Assembly (NCBI GenBank): GCA_964394645.1
Contig: CAYMYC010000003.1
Location: 18,315-82,314, forward strand
Length of the DNA: 64,000 nt
Direction: 5' to 3'
Source of the DNA: an uncultured Gammaproteobacteria bacterium
Lineage (GTDB): Bacteria; Patescibacteriota; Microgenomatia; Levybacterales; GWA1-39-11
Part shown: positions 38,324-48,036 of the stretch, in pieces
How the letters are laid out: every line of letters starts with the position of its first letter
Position numbering within the stretch: the first letter of the stretch is position 1
Program-made: the position numbers and the translations under genes
The notes under the pieces: model-generated
Told to the model about the DNA's origin: nothing
What the model saw: only the letters and a program-made list of their open reading frames with translations
The model's database searches: none

Positions 38324-40039
38324 GTGCTGTATAATAAGTTTATGAATGCAAAACAAGATATCCTGCGTGTTCTGTCAGATGTAATCGCTCAATTGCATGG
38401 AAAGACAGATGTGCAACTTGATATATCTGAAAACTATACAAATGGTGACTACTCAGCAAGTATTGCCTTAAAACTTTCAAAAAAACTTGGAAAATCCCCA
38501 CGGGAAGTTGCAGAGAATATTAAGCAAAAAATAGGAGAACTGAAGATTTCCGACCTTGAAAAAGTTGAAGTGGCTGGTCCTGGTTTTCTTAATTTTTACC
38601 TTTCAAAAGAATACTTGATTACAAATTTAAACTTGATGAGGGAACAAAAAGATAAATTTGGAGAATCAGCTAAACTTCAAAAAGCTAAAATAATGGTTGA
38701 GTTTACTGATCCGAATCCGCTTAAAGAATTTCATATAGGGCACTTATATAGTAATGCTGTGGGGGAGAGTATATCCCGTCTTTTAGAGTCTCAGGGCGCG
38801 GTGGTTATGCGAGCTTGTTATCAGGGAGATGTTGGAATGCATGTGGCAAAAGCTCTTTTTGGCATTATGAGTCTAGGGCTTCAGGTAGATGAAATGCAGG
38901 ATAAGCCACTTCTTGTGAGAGCAAAATTTTTAGGGGAAGCGTACGCTCTAGGAGCTAAAGAATATGAGGAAAATGATGAGGCAAAAGAAGATATTAAGGA
39001 ATTAAATAAAAAAATATACAGTCATGATTCGGAAATATATCCATTATATGAGTTGGCAAAGGAGTGGAGTCTTTTGTATTTTGAAAAGATGTATGAGAGG
39101 TTAGGCACAAAGTATGAAAAATATTATTTTGAATCAAAAGTAGGGGAGGAGGGAGTAAGAATAGTCAAAGAAAATCTAGGTACTGTTTTTGAAGAAGATA
39201 ATGGAGCAATAATCTTTCCAAAAGAGAAATCAGGTCTTCATACTCGTGTTTTTATAAATTCACAAGGTCTGCCTACATATGAGGCAAAAGAATTAGGATT
39301 GGCTCCCGTAAAATATAAGGATTTTCCCTATGATAAGTCAATTATCATAACAGGAAATGAAATCAATGAATACTTCAAGGTGCTTCTCAAAGCGCTTTCA
39401 CTGATAAGACCGGATCTTGCTGAAAAAACTGTACACATATCTCATGGTATGGTGAGGCTTCCTAGCGGGAAGATGTCCAGTCGGACTGGTGATGTTATAA
39501 CATGCGAATGGTTGCTTGATGAGACAAAGCAGAAATTAAAAAGTGCGCATCCGGAAATGGAGGAAAATGTTTCAGAAAAGCTTACCATAGGAGCAGTAAA
39601 GTACGCTCTTTTAAAAGTTGGTGTAGGATCTGATATTACTTTTTCTTTTGAAGAATCAATTAATCTTCATGGAAACTCTGGTCCATATATCCAATATACA
39701 TATGCCAGAACACAAAATGTTTTAAATAAATTTGAAAAAAAAGAATATAAGGTTGTCACACCAAATACGCTTATGACTGAAGAAAAAGAAGTACTGGGGA
39801 AGTTAATACATTTTCCAGAAGTTATAGAAAAAGCAGCTGAATCTTTTTCTCCGAGCATGCTCTGTGCATATTTGTATGACTTATCTCAAATATTTAATGC
39901 GTTCTATGAAAAACACAGAGTGTATCAGGAGGAAGATGTCATTATTCAAAATTTCAGGCGTGCGCTTACAGAGGTAACAGGATATACACTAGAAAATGGT
40001 CTACGATTATTAGGTGTTACTGCTCCGCAAAAGATTTAA
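38324..40039 (+). CDS. argS: Arginyl-tRNA synthetase
   Basis: An ArgRS N-terminal additional domain, FTDPNPLKEFHIGHLYSNAVG (class I HIGH), and a degenerate KMSKS (GKMSSRTG) are present. The C-terminal domain is DALR-type anticodon-binding. Length ~570 aa. The start could be 38324 or the ATG at 38342. Confidence 0.85.
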   Translation: MLYNKFMNAKQDILRVLSDVIAQLHGKTDVQLDISENYTNGDYSASIALKLSKKLGKSPREVAENIKQKIGELKISDLEKVEVAGPGFLNFYLSKEYLITNLNLMREQKDKFGESAKLQKAKIMVEFTDPNPLKEFHIGHLYSNAVGESISRLLESQGAVVMRACYQGDVGMHVAKALFGIMSLGLQVDEMQDKPLLVRAKFLGEAYALGAKEYEENDEAKEDIKELNKKIYSHDSEIYPLYELAKEWSLLYFEKMYERLGTKYEKYYFESKVGEEGVRIVKENLGTVFEEDNGAIIFPKEKSGLHTRVFINSQGLPTYEAKELGLAPVKYKDFPYDKSIIITGNEINEYFKVLLKALSLIRPDLAEKTVHISHGMVRLPSGKMSSRTGDVITCEWLLDETKQKLKSAHPEMEENVSEKLTIGAVKYALLKVGVGSDITFSFEESINLHGNSGPYIQYTYARTQNVLNKFEKKEYKVVTPNTLMTEEKEVLGKLIHFPEVIEKAAESFSPSMLCAYLYDLSQIFNAFYEKHRVYQEEDVIIQNFRRALTEVTGYTLENGLRLLGVTAPQKI

Positions 40040-40043
40040 AAGA

Positions 40044-42362
40044 TTAACTTGTTGAAGATTGATCATTTTCCAATTGTATTTTTTCAAACTCTTCTTGTGC
40101 AACCTTCTTAAGATTTTTTAGCTGAGCTTTAGACAGGTTACGATTCTTATGGATATAAAGTCCGATAGCTGCATCTATAGGTGAGAATATAGCAAATTCA
40201 GGTTTTCCTTGTGCCTTAATATTCCCATTTTCAATAAGTTTATTTATTGTACTTGCTGTGAGTGAAGGGTATGCCCTTGTTAATTGACCGTAGCTTGCAA
40301 GACCTGCCGAAAACTCAGGTTTTTTTATTATATCTCGTAAAAGCTCTTGAATTGGGTTTCTCATATCCGCAAATCTACCTTCAATAGGTTTTTCTATTTT
40401 TGATCCGATTATGGTAACTTTATTGTTCTTTTCAAGGATAATTGTAGGAGGATCTGAAAGTTCATCAAATAGATCCTCAGTTTGAAAATTCTGTAAAAAT
40501 TTTTCTGGCATAATTTCATCATCATATTCATCCTCATAGTCTGTTTTAAAGCCTAGAGCAACTGGAATATCTTCTGACGGTTGAGGTGGTTCAAGCCTAT
40601 TAATAAGAGCTTCAAGGGCACCGTTTTTTAAGCCAACAATTTTTTTCCCACGTTCGATTAGTTCTAATCTTTTTGTATTTACGGTATTTTGTACGTTGGC
40701 GTTGAGGAGTAAAAGCTCAAAAATGTATGCTCGTTCAGACTCAAGCCAAAAAAGAATTGTTTGAGCCGATGGCTCATGTTCTTCAATGAAAGCGATCGCC
40801 TCTTTGTCATCTGTGAATGCATTTGCTACTGTTTCTAGTGCGTCAATTCTGATTTCACTCGTTGGTTTATCATTCTCATTTTCATATTGACCGACTTTTT
40901 TATACTCCTCAATGATTTCGTCACAGATTTCTATAATTTCTTCTGGCACAGTGAATGGGAGTAATTTAGTTCCTGCTTGAATATTAATCCCGTGATGTTG
41001 TTTTATAAGCTGAGCAAGAGTTGCGAGTTCTTTAGGAGAAAGGGTTTTAGGTGTTTCTATGATTTCTTTGTCCATTAAAGCTTCGCTTGGTTGTTCAAAA
41101 GCTTCCACAGGGGGGAAAGCATCTATCTTACTTGGTGAATCTACAGATTTTTTTTGTCCCTCTTTTTTCTTAAAATAGGTAAGTAAATACTCATTGAATG
41201 CTTTTCTTGTTTCTTTAGGATCAGTTAAATGAGTAAATTCCTGCATTTTGCTCCACATCTGTAATTCTTCTTCTGTAGCCAAGTTCATGTGACGTCTGAC
41301 GGCGATAAAATTAATACTCATTTCAATGGCTCGTCTTGCTTGAGAGGAGTTGAATGGTTGTCCATTTTTCATAGCACCAAATAAAGATGTGATTTTTTCA
41401 ACCGGAATACCTTCCATGACCATTGAGATAGCAGTTAGCCTTGATTCTGGAACAGGATGCATAAAAGGTGCCTCTTTCTTTTGTGGTTGAGAGGTTTCTG
41501 GTGGCTGAGGTGCTTCTTCAGGCTTTGCAATAAGTCTATAGCGATAAGCTTTTCCATTTCCCTCAGGCTCCTTAGTTAATATGCACATATTTTCGGGGGC
41601 ATCATAGCCATTTATTAGTGAAAGGTAGGAAGAAATATTGCCTTTTGCCTTCTTGTCATCACGTTTTAATACCTCTTGGGCAAGCTCAGCTACTGTTTTT
41701 GCGTTTCCAATAAGTAGTTGTATTACCTGCGCCCTATCTCCCGATGCTCTGTGTATAGTCCCTGAAGGCATTGTTATCTCAATTCGCTTTAGGTCCCTCT
41801 TGCGGGGACCTTTTTTAATCTCATCTACAGTGGAAGGTTGCAGTTCTTCTTTTGGTGGATTTATCAGGTTTTGTAGGTCTGCTACTTCTTTTTGTGCCTT
41901 CTGTATTGCCGCTGTGATTATATCTTTAGGCAATATTCCTTTTGCCTTTAATTCATGTAACTCTGCGATTTTTGAGTCCATTTCTGCAATTCTTGCGGTT
42001 GTTTGAGAAATTCTTTGTTCTTTTTCTTTTGCATCATTAAGTACTACTTGTACATGTTCTTGAATTGAGGATAGGGTAGGAATTGTTCTTTCTCTCAGTG
42101 CATTTCTTGTTTTTCCAACACGAATGGTGTTGTCTATAAAGCTATCAGAAGTGGGATTTGTAATGTCATATCGTGCAGCAATTCGCTTAGGAGTGAGGTC
42201 TAGATTTGTACCTAATTCTTGCGCTAACTTTTCTGCGTGATTTATTGAGTTGTGTAGTTTTTCTGCACGACTGGTAAGCTCGGGTATAGAGCGCTGGGGA
42301 GTGAAAACCGGTCCTATAAGTCTTTCTTTTTCTGCCTGTGGCATAATCGAGCATTGTATCAA
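40044..42362 (-). CDS. Large hypothetical coiled-coil protein (772 aa)
   Basis: A long ORF with extensive heptad regions and no catalytic motif recognised. Confidence 0.5.
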   Translation of the reverse strand: MIQCSIMPQAEKERLIGPVFTPQRSIPELTSRAEKLHNSINHAEKLAQELGTNLDLTPKRIAARYDITNPTSDSFIDNTIRVGKTRNALRERTIPTLSSIQEHVQVVLNDAKEKEQRISQTTARIAEMDSKIAELHELKAKGILPKDIITAAIQKAQKEVADLQNLINPPKEELQPSTVDEIKKGPRKRDLKRIEITMPSGTIHRASGDRAQVIQLLIGNAKTVAELAQEVLKRDDKKAKGNISSYLSLINGYDAPENMCILTKEPEGNGKAYRYRLIAKPEEAPQPPETSQPQKKEAPFMHPVPESRLTAISMVMEGIPVEKITSLFGAMKNGQPFNSSQARRAIEMSINFIAVRRHMNLATEEELQMWSKMQEFTHLTDPKETRKAFNEYLLTYFKKKEGQKKSVDSPSKIDAFPPVEAFEQPSEALMDKEIIETPKTLSPKELATLAQLIKQHHGINIQAGTKLLPFTVPEEIIEICDEIIEEYKKVGQYENENDKPTSEIRIDALETVANAFTDDKEAIAFIEEHEPSAQTILFWLESERAYIFELLLLNANVQNTVNTKRLELIERGKKIVGLKNGALEALINRLEPPQPSEDIPVALGFKTDYEDEYDDEIMPEKFLQNFQTEDLFDELSDPPTIILEKNNKVTIIGSKIEKPIEGRFADMRNPIQELLRDIIKKPEFSAGLASYGQLTRAYPSLTASTINKLIENGNIKAQGKPEFAIFSPIDAAIGLYIHKNRNLSKAQLKNLKKVAQEEFEKIQLENDQSSTS

Positions 42363-42413
42363 AAATATCCTATAATGTCAATAATGAGGCTTGTTTCTTA
42401 AATTAAAAGAAGG

Positions 42414-42520
42414 GCTACTATGAGATAATGTGAGTCTTCCCTAAAAGTTATGAAGTATAAAAACACAACACACTCCCCCTAGTGGTTTTGCAAGTGATTC
42501 TGGTGCAAATTCAAGAATTT
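42414..42520. repeat. Direct repeat copy 1 (~105 bp): a duplicated promoter plus the first codons of the M16 peptidase gene, truncated by a stop
   Basis: gctactatgagataatgtgagtcttccctaaaagttATGaagtataaaaacacaac...ggttttgcaagtgattctggtgcaaattcaagaa is ~85-90% identical to 42989-43092 and encodes MKYKNTTHSP*. Confidence 0.6.
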
Positions 42521-42536
42521 TAATAAGTCCTTAGGT

Positions 42537-42944
42537 TTACTCACGTTTCCGTGGGTATTTAAGATATCTTTCATATTCTTTGTAGGTATGAATTCCTGAT
42601 TCAAGCATTTTAAGAGAGGTAATACATGCATTTCTGTAGAGCCGATTTGTTGATAGGCGATTGTTATATCCTGCATCTGAAAATGAAGAATGTAATTTGT
42701 CTAGGCTTTCTTGATTATTTAGATATTCATACGCATCTTGTGGGTAAATTAATCTCCATGAAGTATGTGGATATTCGGTAGATTTAAATTCTTTTAATGC
42801 TGAATATAATTGTTTTGATAGTGCTACTTGTAGCGCAAGAGGCAGCTGACCTTTAAGTATTTTATTCTGTACAACCTCTACTGAAACTTGAAAAACAGGA
42901 TCCGATTCTATCGCATTCTTTCTTTCAGGATTTATCATGTCCAC
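42537..42944 (-). CDS. Hypothetical protein (135 aa) lying between the two direct repeat copies
   Basis: An ORF on the opposite strand to the flanking repeats. Confidence 0.45.
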   Translation of the reverse strand: MDMINPERKNAIESDPVFQVSVEVVQNKILKGQLPLALQVALSKQLYSALKEFKSTEYPHTSWRLIYPQDAYEYLNNQESLDKLHSSFSDAGYNNRLSTNRLYRNACITSLKMLESGIHTYKEYERYLKYPRKRE

Positions 42945-42988
42945 ACTATAACAGCTTATAATAAATATTGCAACACATTGAAAGATGC

Positions 42989-43092
42989 GAGGCTATATGA
43001 GATAATGTGAGCCTTCCCTAAAAGTTATGAACTATACAAAACATACTCTATCTAATGGTTTGCAAGTGATTTTGGTACCGATTCAAGAAGTT
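42989..43092. repeat. Direct repeat copy 2 (~105 bp): the functional promoter/5' end of the M16 peptidase gene
   Basis: gctatatgagataatgtgagccttccctaaaagttATGaactatacaaaacatac...ggtttgcaagtgattttggtaccgattcaagaa. Confidence 0.6.
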
Positions 43093-44298
43093 GAGTCGGC
43101 AACTACACTGGTGTTAGTGGGTGCGGGTTCTCGGTACGAAAACAAAAAAAATAGTGGAATCTCTCATTTTCTCGAGCACATGGCTTTTAAGGGAACAAAA
43201 AACAGACCAACGGCTCGTGAAATTTCTTCAGTGATAGATGGAATAGGCGCTGAGAGCAATGCATTTACAGGAAAAGAAATAACAGGATATTATATTAAAT
43301 CCTCATCAGAACATGTTGATTTGTCATTGGATATTCTTTCAGACATGCTAGCAAACCTCTTGCTTGATCCATCTGAAATTGAAAAGGAAAAGGGCGTTAT
43401 ACTTGAGGAGATAAATCTATATGAAGATACCCCGTCGCGCAAAATTGGAGACATCTTTGAGGATTTACTCTACGGAGATGTGCCTATGGGATGGGACATA
43501 TCAGGAGATAAGAAGGTAATAAAGACAATAACCCGTGACGACTTTGTAGAATATATGAAAACTCTATATTCTGCAGATAATATGGTGGTAGTTGTTGCAG
43601 GGAAATATGATAAGAAAACTATATTGTCAGAAATTGATAAACGATTTAGTGTGCTGCCACAATTTAAAACGGCAGGATTTGAGAGTGTTACAGAAAAACA
43701 GGATGGATCAAAAGTTTTGCTTAAGTACAAAAAAACAGAGCAGTCACATTTTGCCCTAGGTGTAAGAACTACTGGAATTGAGGATGACAAGGAAAATTAT
43801 ATTTTAGGAGTTTTAGCATCTCTTCTGGGTGGGGGAATGAGTTCCAGGCTATTTCATGAAGTGCGTGAAAAACGTGGACTGGCATATTATGTTCGTGCAT
43901 ATTCTGAGAATTACAAAGACGTAGGGTATCTTGCGGCGTTTGCGGGAGTAGATAAAAACAGAATGGACGAGGCAATAGAAGTAGTTCGGGATGAGTTGCT
44001 AAAGATTTGTGAGGATGGGGAGATAACAGAAGAAGAGCTGACAAAAGCGAAAGAATATATGAAGGGACATTTTATACTTGACCTAGAGGACACACGTTCT
44101 GTAGCCTCTCATTATTCAACAGACCTTATTTTAAAGGGGAAAATGGAGAATCCTGATGAGGTTCTAAGAAATATAGACGCTGTTACTCTAGATCAGGTGA
44201 AAAGGGCTGCATGTAAATATATTAAAAAAGAACGAATGAATCTAGCGATTATTGGTGACTTTGAAGATAAATCCCGCTTTGAAAAACTTCTTGTTTAA
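43027..44298 (+). CDS. M16-family zinc metallopeptidase (insulinase/pitrilysin-like)
   Basis: The inverted zinc motif HFLEHMAFKGT (HxxEH) and a downstream E are present. Length ~420 aa. Confidence 0.85.
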   Translation: MNYTKHTLSNGLQVILVPIQEVESATTLVLVGAGSRYENKKNSGISHFLEHMAFKGTKNRPTAREISSVIDGIGAESNAFTGKEITGYYIKSSSEHVDLSLDILSDMLANLLLDPSEIEKEKGVILEEINLYEDTPSRKIGDIFEDLLYGDVPMGWDISGDKKVIKTITRDDFVEYMKTLYSADNMVVVVAGKYDKKTILSEIDKRFSVLPQFKTAGFESVTEKQDGSKVLLKYKKTEQSHFALGVRTTGIEDDKENYILGVLASLLGGGMSSRLFHEVREKRGLAYYVRAYSENYKDVGYLAAFAGVDKNRMDEAIEVVRDELLKICEDGEITEEELTKAKEYMKGHFILDLEDTRSVASHYSTDLILKGKMENPDEVLRNIDAVTLDQVKRAACKYIKKERMNLAIIGDFEDKSRFEKLLV

Positions 44299-44341
44299 CC
44301 TACATTGATTTCAGGACTTTAGATATGGTACTGTAGATTTC

Positions 44342-45250
44342 ATGGATTCATTAGAGGAAGGTTCTTATGGTAGTTTTAGTACCGAATCGACCGGATACGA
44401 ATTTAGCTTTATGGCTCGTGAAGTTGAGCTTATGCAGCGTGCAAGTAAAGATGTGGCAAAAGGACTAAATTGGACTGAAGGGGGAAGATTTAGTCTAGAG
44501 AGGAATAAGATGCGAGCAATAGTAGAGACAGCTACTCTTGAGTTAGAATATCCACAGCTAACACTCGTTCCTATGTTTCCGTCACTTTATAGGTTTCTGA
44601 GAACGGAAGAGCTAAATAACGCGCTTACAAGAGGAGGAGAAACTATGTTGGTAGGGAGTGGTACAACTCTCTATGAATCTCTTGCGATGACTGTGGAGCA
44701 ACCCTCTCAAGGAAAAGTCGAAGAGGTATTTTCAGAATTTGGTCCAAAGATAAATTCTTTATTTGCAAGAAGAAAAAATATATCAAACGGAGAGCAGCCT
44801 GTAAACAAGGCACCTCTCCTTCCTCATAGAATAGTTGCTTTTGAGCCGGATAAAAGGCAGACTTCAGGATTTGAACGAGCAAATCAATTTTTTAGTACAG
44901 ATACAATAATAGAAAATAAACCTGCTAAGGAGAATATTGGCAAATTTTCGCATGAATCATTCCAAAATATCATGCTTAATAGATTAGATCCGGCAGTATT
45001 TAGTAGCAGTCCAAAATTTTTTGCAGACCTTATGCAGTTGGTAGAGCCAGGTGGGTCGCTTGTTGTAACAATTGGAACAGGAAATAATCCCGAGGAGCTT
45101 ACATTGCGCAAAAATTTTCTAGATCAAATAGTCCAAGATTTCCCAAATGCTAGGATGCGTGAATCGTCTAAGCTTCCGCGTTTTGTAGGCACTGCTAAAA
45201 AAATATATGGACCTGAAATGATAGCACACGTGATAGGGAGGAAAAAATGA
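44342..45250 (+). CDS. Hypothetical protein (302 aa)
   Basis: An ORF translationally coupled (ATGA) to the downstream EEP-family gene. Confidence 0.5.
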   Translation: MDSLEEGSYGSFSTESTGYEFSFMAREVELMQRASKDVAKGLNWTEGGRFSLERNKMRAIVETATLELEYPQLTLVPMFPSLYRFLRTEELNNALTRGGETMLVGSGTTLYESLAMTVEQPSQGKVEEVFSEFGPKINSLFARRKNISNGEQPVNKAPLLPHRIVAFEPDKRQTSGFERANQFFSTDTIIENKPAKENIGKFSHESFQNIMLNRLDPAVFSSSPKFFADLMQLVEPGGSLVVTIGTGNNPEELTLRKNFLDQIVQDFPNARMRESSKLPRFVGTAKKIYGPEMIAHVIGRKK

Positions 45251-45999
45251 AACTAAAAATAGTAACGCTTAACATTTGGAGAGGAGAGGTTTATAAGGAG
45301 GCTATTGATTTTCTGATGCAAGAGAATGCAGATATTATCCTGCTTCAGGAGGTATATAATGGAACTGATAAAAATCTTCCAATTCCCTATAGATTGTATG
45401 GCTTTCTTTCGGAAATGTTTCCGCAGCATTTTTCAATTTTCGGAGCTCAGTTTTGTGATATTACAGAATATGGAAACATAGATGAAGGCAATGCTATTTT
45501 TTCTAAATTTCCAATTGTAAGCTCAAAAAACACTTTTTTTGATATACCATATTCAGTATTTAATAATCACGCGAAAGAACGATTTGACGATAATCCACAG
45601 GCTATTCTTCAGGCAGAGTTGAAATTTGGAGAGGATACGCTGAGTGCTTTTTGCGTGCATGGAGTATGGGGTTTTGACGGGAAAGATAACAAGAGAAGAT
45701 TTATCATGGCGAAAGTCATAAAAAATGAGACTTCTGGGCATAAAAATACAATATTGGCAGGAGATTTTAATTTAGTACACAATACAAAAGCCGTGGGGCA
45801 AATAGAGGAGCACTTAAAAAGTGTGTTCAAAGACAGTCTCATTTCAACATTCAATATGAAGTATAAGGATAACGGTGGGTACGCAACTGCAGCGGTAGAC
45901 ATGGTGTTTGTGTCCCCAAATATCTCAGTACTTGCGAAAAGCTGTCCGCAGGTAGACGTTTCAGACCATCTTCCACTAGTCGTAACTGTTGAAGTTTAA
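45247..45999 (+). CDS. Endonuclease/exonuclease/phosphatase (EEP) family protein
   Basis: The N-terminus LKIVTLNIWRGE ... DIILLQEV has the catalytic N/E of the EEP fold. The C-terminus carries GDFN...H and SDHLP motifs. Confidence 0.75.
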   Translation: MKLKIVTLNIWRGEVYKEAIDFLMQENADIILLQEVYNGTDKNLPIPYRLYGFLSEMFPQHFSIFGAQFCDITEYGNIDEGNAIFSKFPIVSSKNTFFDIPYSVFNNHAKERFDDNPQAILQAELKFGEDTLSAFCVHGVWGFDGKDNKRRFIMAKVIKNETSGHKNTILAGDFNLVHNTKAVGQIEEHLKSVFKDSLISTFNMKYKDNGGYATAAVDMVFVSPNISVLAKSCPQVDVSDHLPLVVTVEV

Positions 46000-46069
46000 T
46001 ATTGAATAGCTTTTTAAATAAATTGAGAAAATTCAAGGAAGATAAATTTGGGTTCGGAGTGAACTGAGG

Positions 46070-46741
46070 TTATTCTTTTCCGACGATGACTAAAGCGTCG
46101 CCTGAGCCGGTGTAGTCGGCAGCAGCAGTTCCAATGGTATATGTTGCTCCTAAATCTTTTTTAAGAAGTGTTAAGAGGCTAGATTTTCCTGCTTTAACAT
46201 GTATTTCACTTTGTGCATAATCTGATGTGTCAGCGTTTCCTACGGTACCAAGGGTGTATCCTAATTCAGTTAATTCATCTCCTGCTTTTTTTGCAGCACC
46301 TGTTACACCGCTTCCGTTTTGAACAGCAACTGTTATTGTAGCGCGGTCTATTCCGGTTGTCGCATCTTTTGTTGTTGTGTTTCCAGCCGTTTTTGTAGGC
46401 GTTGCAACTGTAGTAGGAGTTGCTTTTCCGATTGGGCTTGGAGTTGTTTCCTCTTCTGGTGTAGGAGTAGGTAGATCAGTGGGAGTAGGCTCCATTGTTT
46501 GGATAGGTGTTGGAGTTGGTTCACTATTCATTGTATCTCCACCCAAAAATTTTACTGCCCCAAATGCAATAAGACCCAAAATTAATAAAAGAATTATTAA
46601 AAATAAAAGTTTTTTCCCACGTCGCGATGAGCTAGAAGATGAACTTGATGAAGATGTTGTTTCTGAGCTGAAGGGAGATTGTGAAAAAACAGATTCTTCC
46701 ATGGATAAGGTGGAGTATAGCATAACTTTAAAAAAAAGCAA
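46070..46741 (-). CDS. Membrane-anchored protein with a LytR_C (LytR/CpsA/Psr C-terminal) domain
   Basis: An N-terminal poly-Ser stretch and TM, then a Pro/Thr linker, then ITVAVQNGSGVTGAAKKAGDELTELGYTLGTVGNAD...IHVKAGKSS, typical of LytR_C. Confidence 0.6.
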   Translation of the reverse strand: MLFFKVMLYSTLSMEESVFSQSPFSSETTSSSSSSSSSSRRGKKLLFLIILLLILGLIAFGAVKFLGGDTMNSEPTPTPIQTMEPTPTDLPTPTPEEETTPSPIGKATPTTVATPTKTAGNTTTKDATTGIDRATITVAVQNGSGVTGAAKKAGDELTELGYTLGTVGNADTSDYAQSEIHVKAGKSSLLTLLKKDLGATYTIGTAAADYTGSGDALVIVGKE

Positions 46742-46792
46742 GAACGATAACTCTTTACATAAGACAATGTTTTCAGTACAATATACAGATTC

Positions 46793-47260
46793 ATGGAGAA
46801 AACAGTAGTATTAGTAAAACCAGATGGAGTGCAGAGGGGATTAATCGGTGAGATTATCACAAGATTTGAGAGAAAGGGCTTGCGGTTAGCGGGTCTTAAG
46901 ATGATTTCTTTAGGAGACGCAACGCTAGATGAATGGTATGCGCATCACAAAGACAAGTCTTTTTTCCCTGATCTTAAATCTTATATGATGTCTTATCCGG
47001 TTGTTGCTATGCTCTGGGAAGGATTGGATGCTGCTGTAACCGTGAGAAAATTGATTGGAATTACCAAAGCAAGAGATGCAGAGCCTGGTACAATTCGTGG
47101 AGATTTTGCTATGTCTCAGCAGTACAATCTTATTCACGCTTCTGAATCGGTTGATGCAGCCAGAAAAGAGGAAGCTCTTATCTTCACAGAGGATGAGGTA
47201 TTTCAATGGGTAAAAGAAGACTATAAGCAAGTATACGCCTCAGAGGAGCATAAAAAGTAA
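46793..47260 (+). CDS. ndk: Nucleoside diphosphate kinase
   Basis: TVVLVKPDGVQRGLIGEIITRFERKG, the active-site His in NLIHASES, and a ~150-aa length. Confidence 0.9.
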   Translation: MEKTVVLVKPDGVQRGLIGEIITRFERKGLRLAGLKMISLGDATLDEWYAHHKDKSFFPDLKSYMMSYPVVAMLWEGLDAAVTVRKLIGITKARDAEPGTIRGDFAMSQQYNLIHASESVDAARKEEALIFTEDEVFQWVKEDYKQVYASEEHKK

Positions 47261-47267
47261 CTACCCC

Positions 47268-48029
47268 TTATTTATCAAGATTATTAACATCAAGCGTATC
47301 GGCAAGTTTAAATTTTCCTACTTTTGTGCGTACTAATTTTGTAAGATATGCGCCGGTTTGGAGCATTTCGCCAATATCTCGTGCTAGAGACCGTATATAG
47401 ACTCCCTTTTTGCATTCTACCTTTATTTCAAGAATAGGGTAATTATAGCGTATAATCTGAATATCTTTTATAAAAACCTTTCTTGCCTTAATATTTGGAT
47501 GTAGAGGTTCTATTTGTGTGTTTGCATGTGCAATGTGTCTTGCTGCGCGTGCATATTTATACGCTTCGCGACCGTTTATTTTAACCGCGCTATAGACAGG
47601 AGGGGTTTGCATAATTTCTCCGATAAATTTTTTTATACACTCCCTAATTTCACTTTTTGTTGGAATATTACCAATGATGTTATCGTCAATGATGTTTTTT
47701 TTTGAACCCAATTGAGGTTGAACCTCATTTGTGGGAAGTTTTTTAGGTGATAGATGGCTGTACTCATAAATCGGACCTTCTTTGTCATCTGTTTCAGAAA
47801 TATACCCAAGCATGAGTGTGGCAATATACTCCTTGTCTCCTTTTACATATGTATCTAATAGTTTTGTGTTTTCGCGTCCTACCGCGATTACTAGTACTCC
47901 CTCTGCAAGTGGATCTAGCGTTCCTCCATGACCAACACGCTTAACTCCTGTTGCAGCTCTTATTTTGTTTACCACATCATGTGATGTGATTCCTACCGGT
48001 TTGTAGACTGAAAATATACCTTGAAGCAT
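47268..48029 (-). CDS. truB: tRNA pseudouridine(55) synthase TruB
   Basis: GIFSVYKPVGITSHDVVNKIR...VGHGGTLDPLAEGVLVIAVG contains the catalytic Asp motif HGGTLD. A C-terminal PUA-like region follows. Confidence 0.9.
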   Translation of the reverse strand: MLQGIFSVYKPVGITSHDVVNKIRAATGVKRVGHGGTLDPLAEGVLVIAVGRENTKLLDTYVKGDKEYIATLMLGYISETDDKEGPIYEYSHLSPKKLPTNEVQPQLGSKKNIIDDNIIGNIPTKSEIRECIKKFIGEIMQTPPVYSAVKINGREAYKYARAARHIAHANTQIEPLHPNIKARKVFIKDIQIIRYNYPILEIKVECKKGVYIRSLARDIGEMLQTGAYLTKLVRTKVGKFKLADTLDVNNLDK

Positions 48030-48036
48030 ATGCGTA

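Noticed and set aside
42479-42676. 65-aa ORF 42479..42676 (minus)
   Set aside because: It overlaps both the 135-aa gene in another frame and the direct-repeat copy, and is probably not coding.
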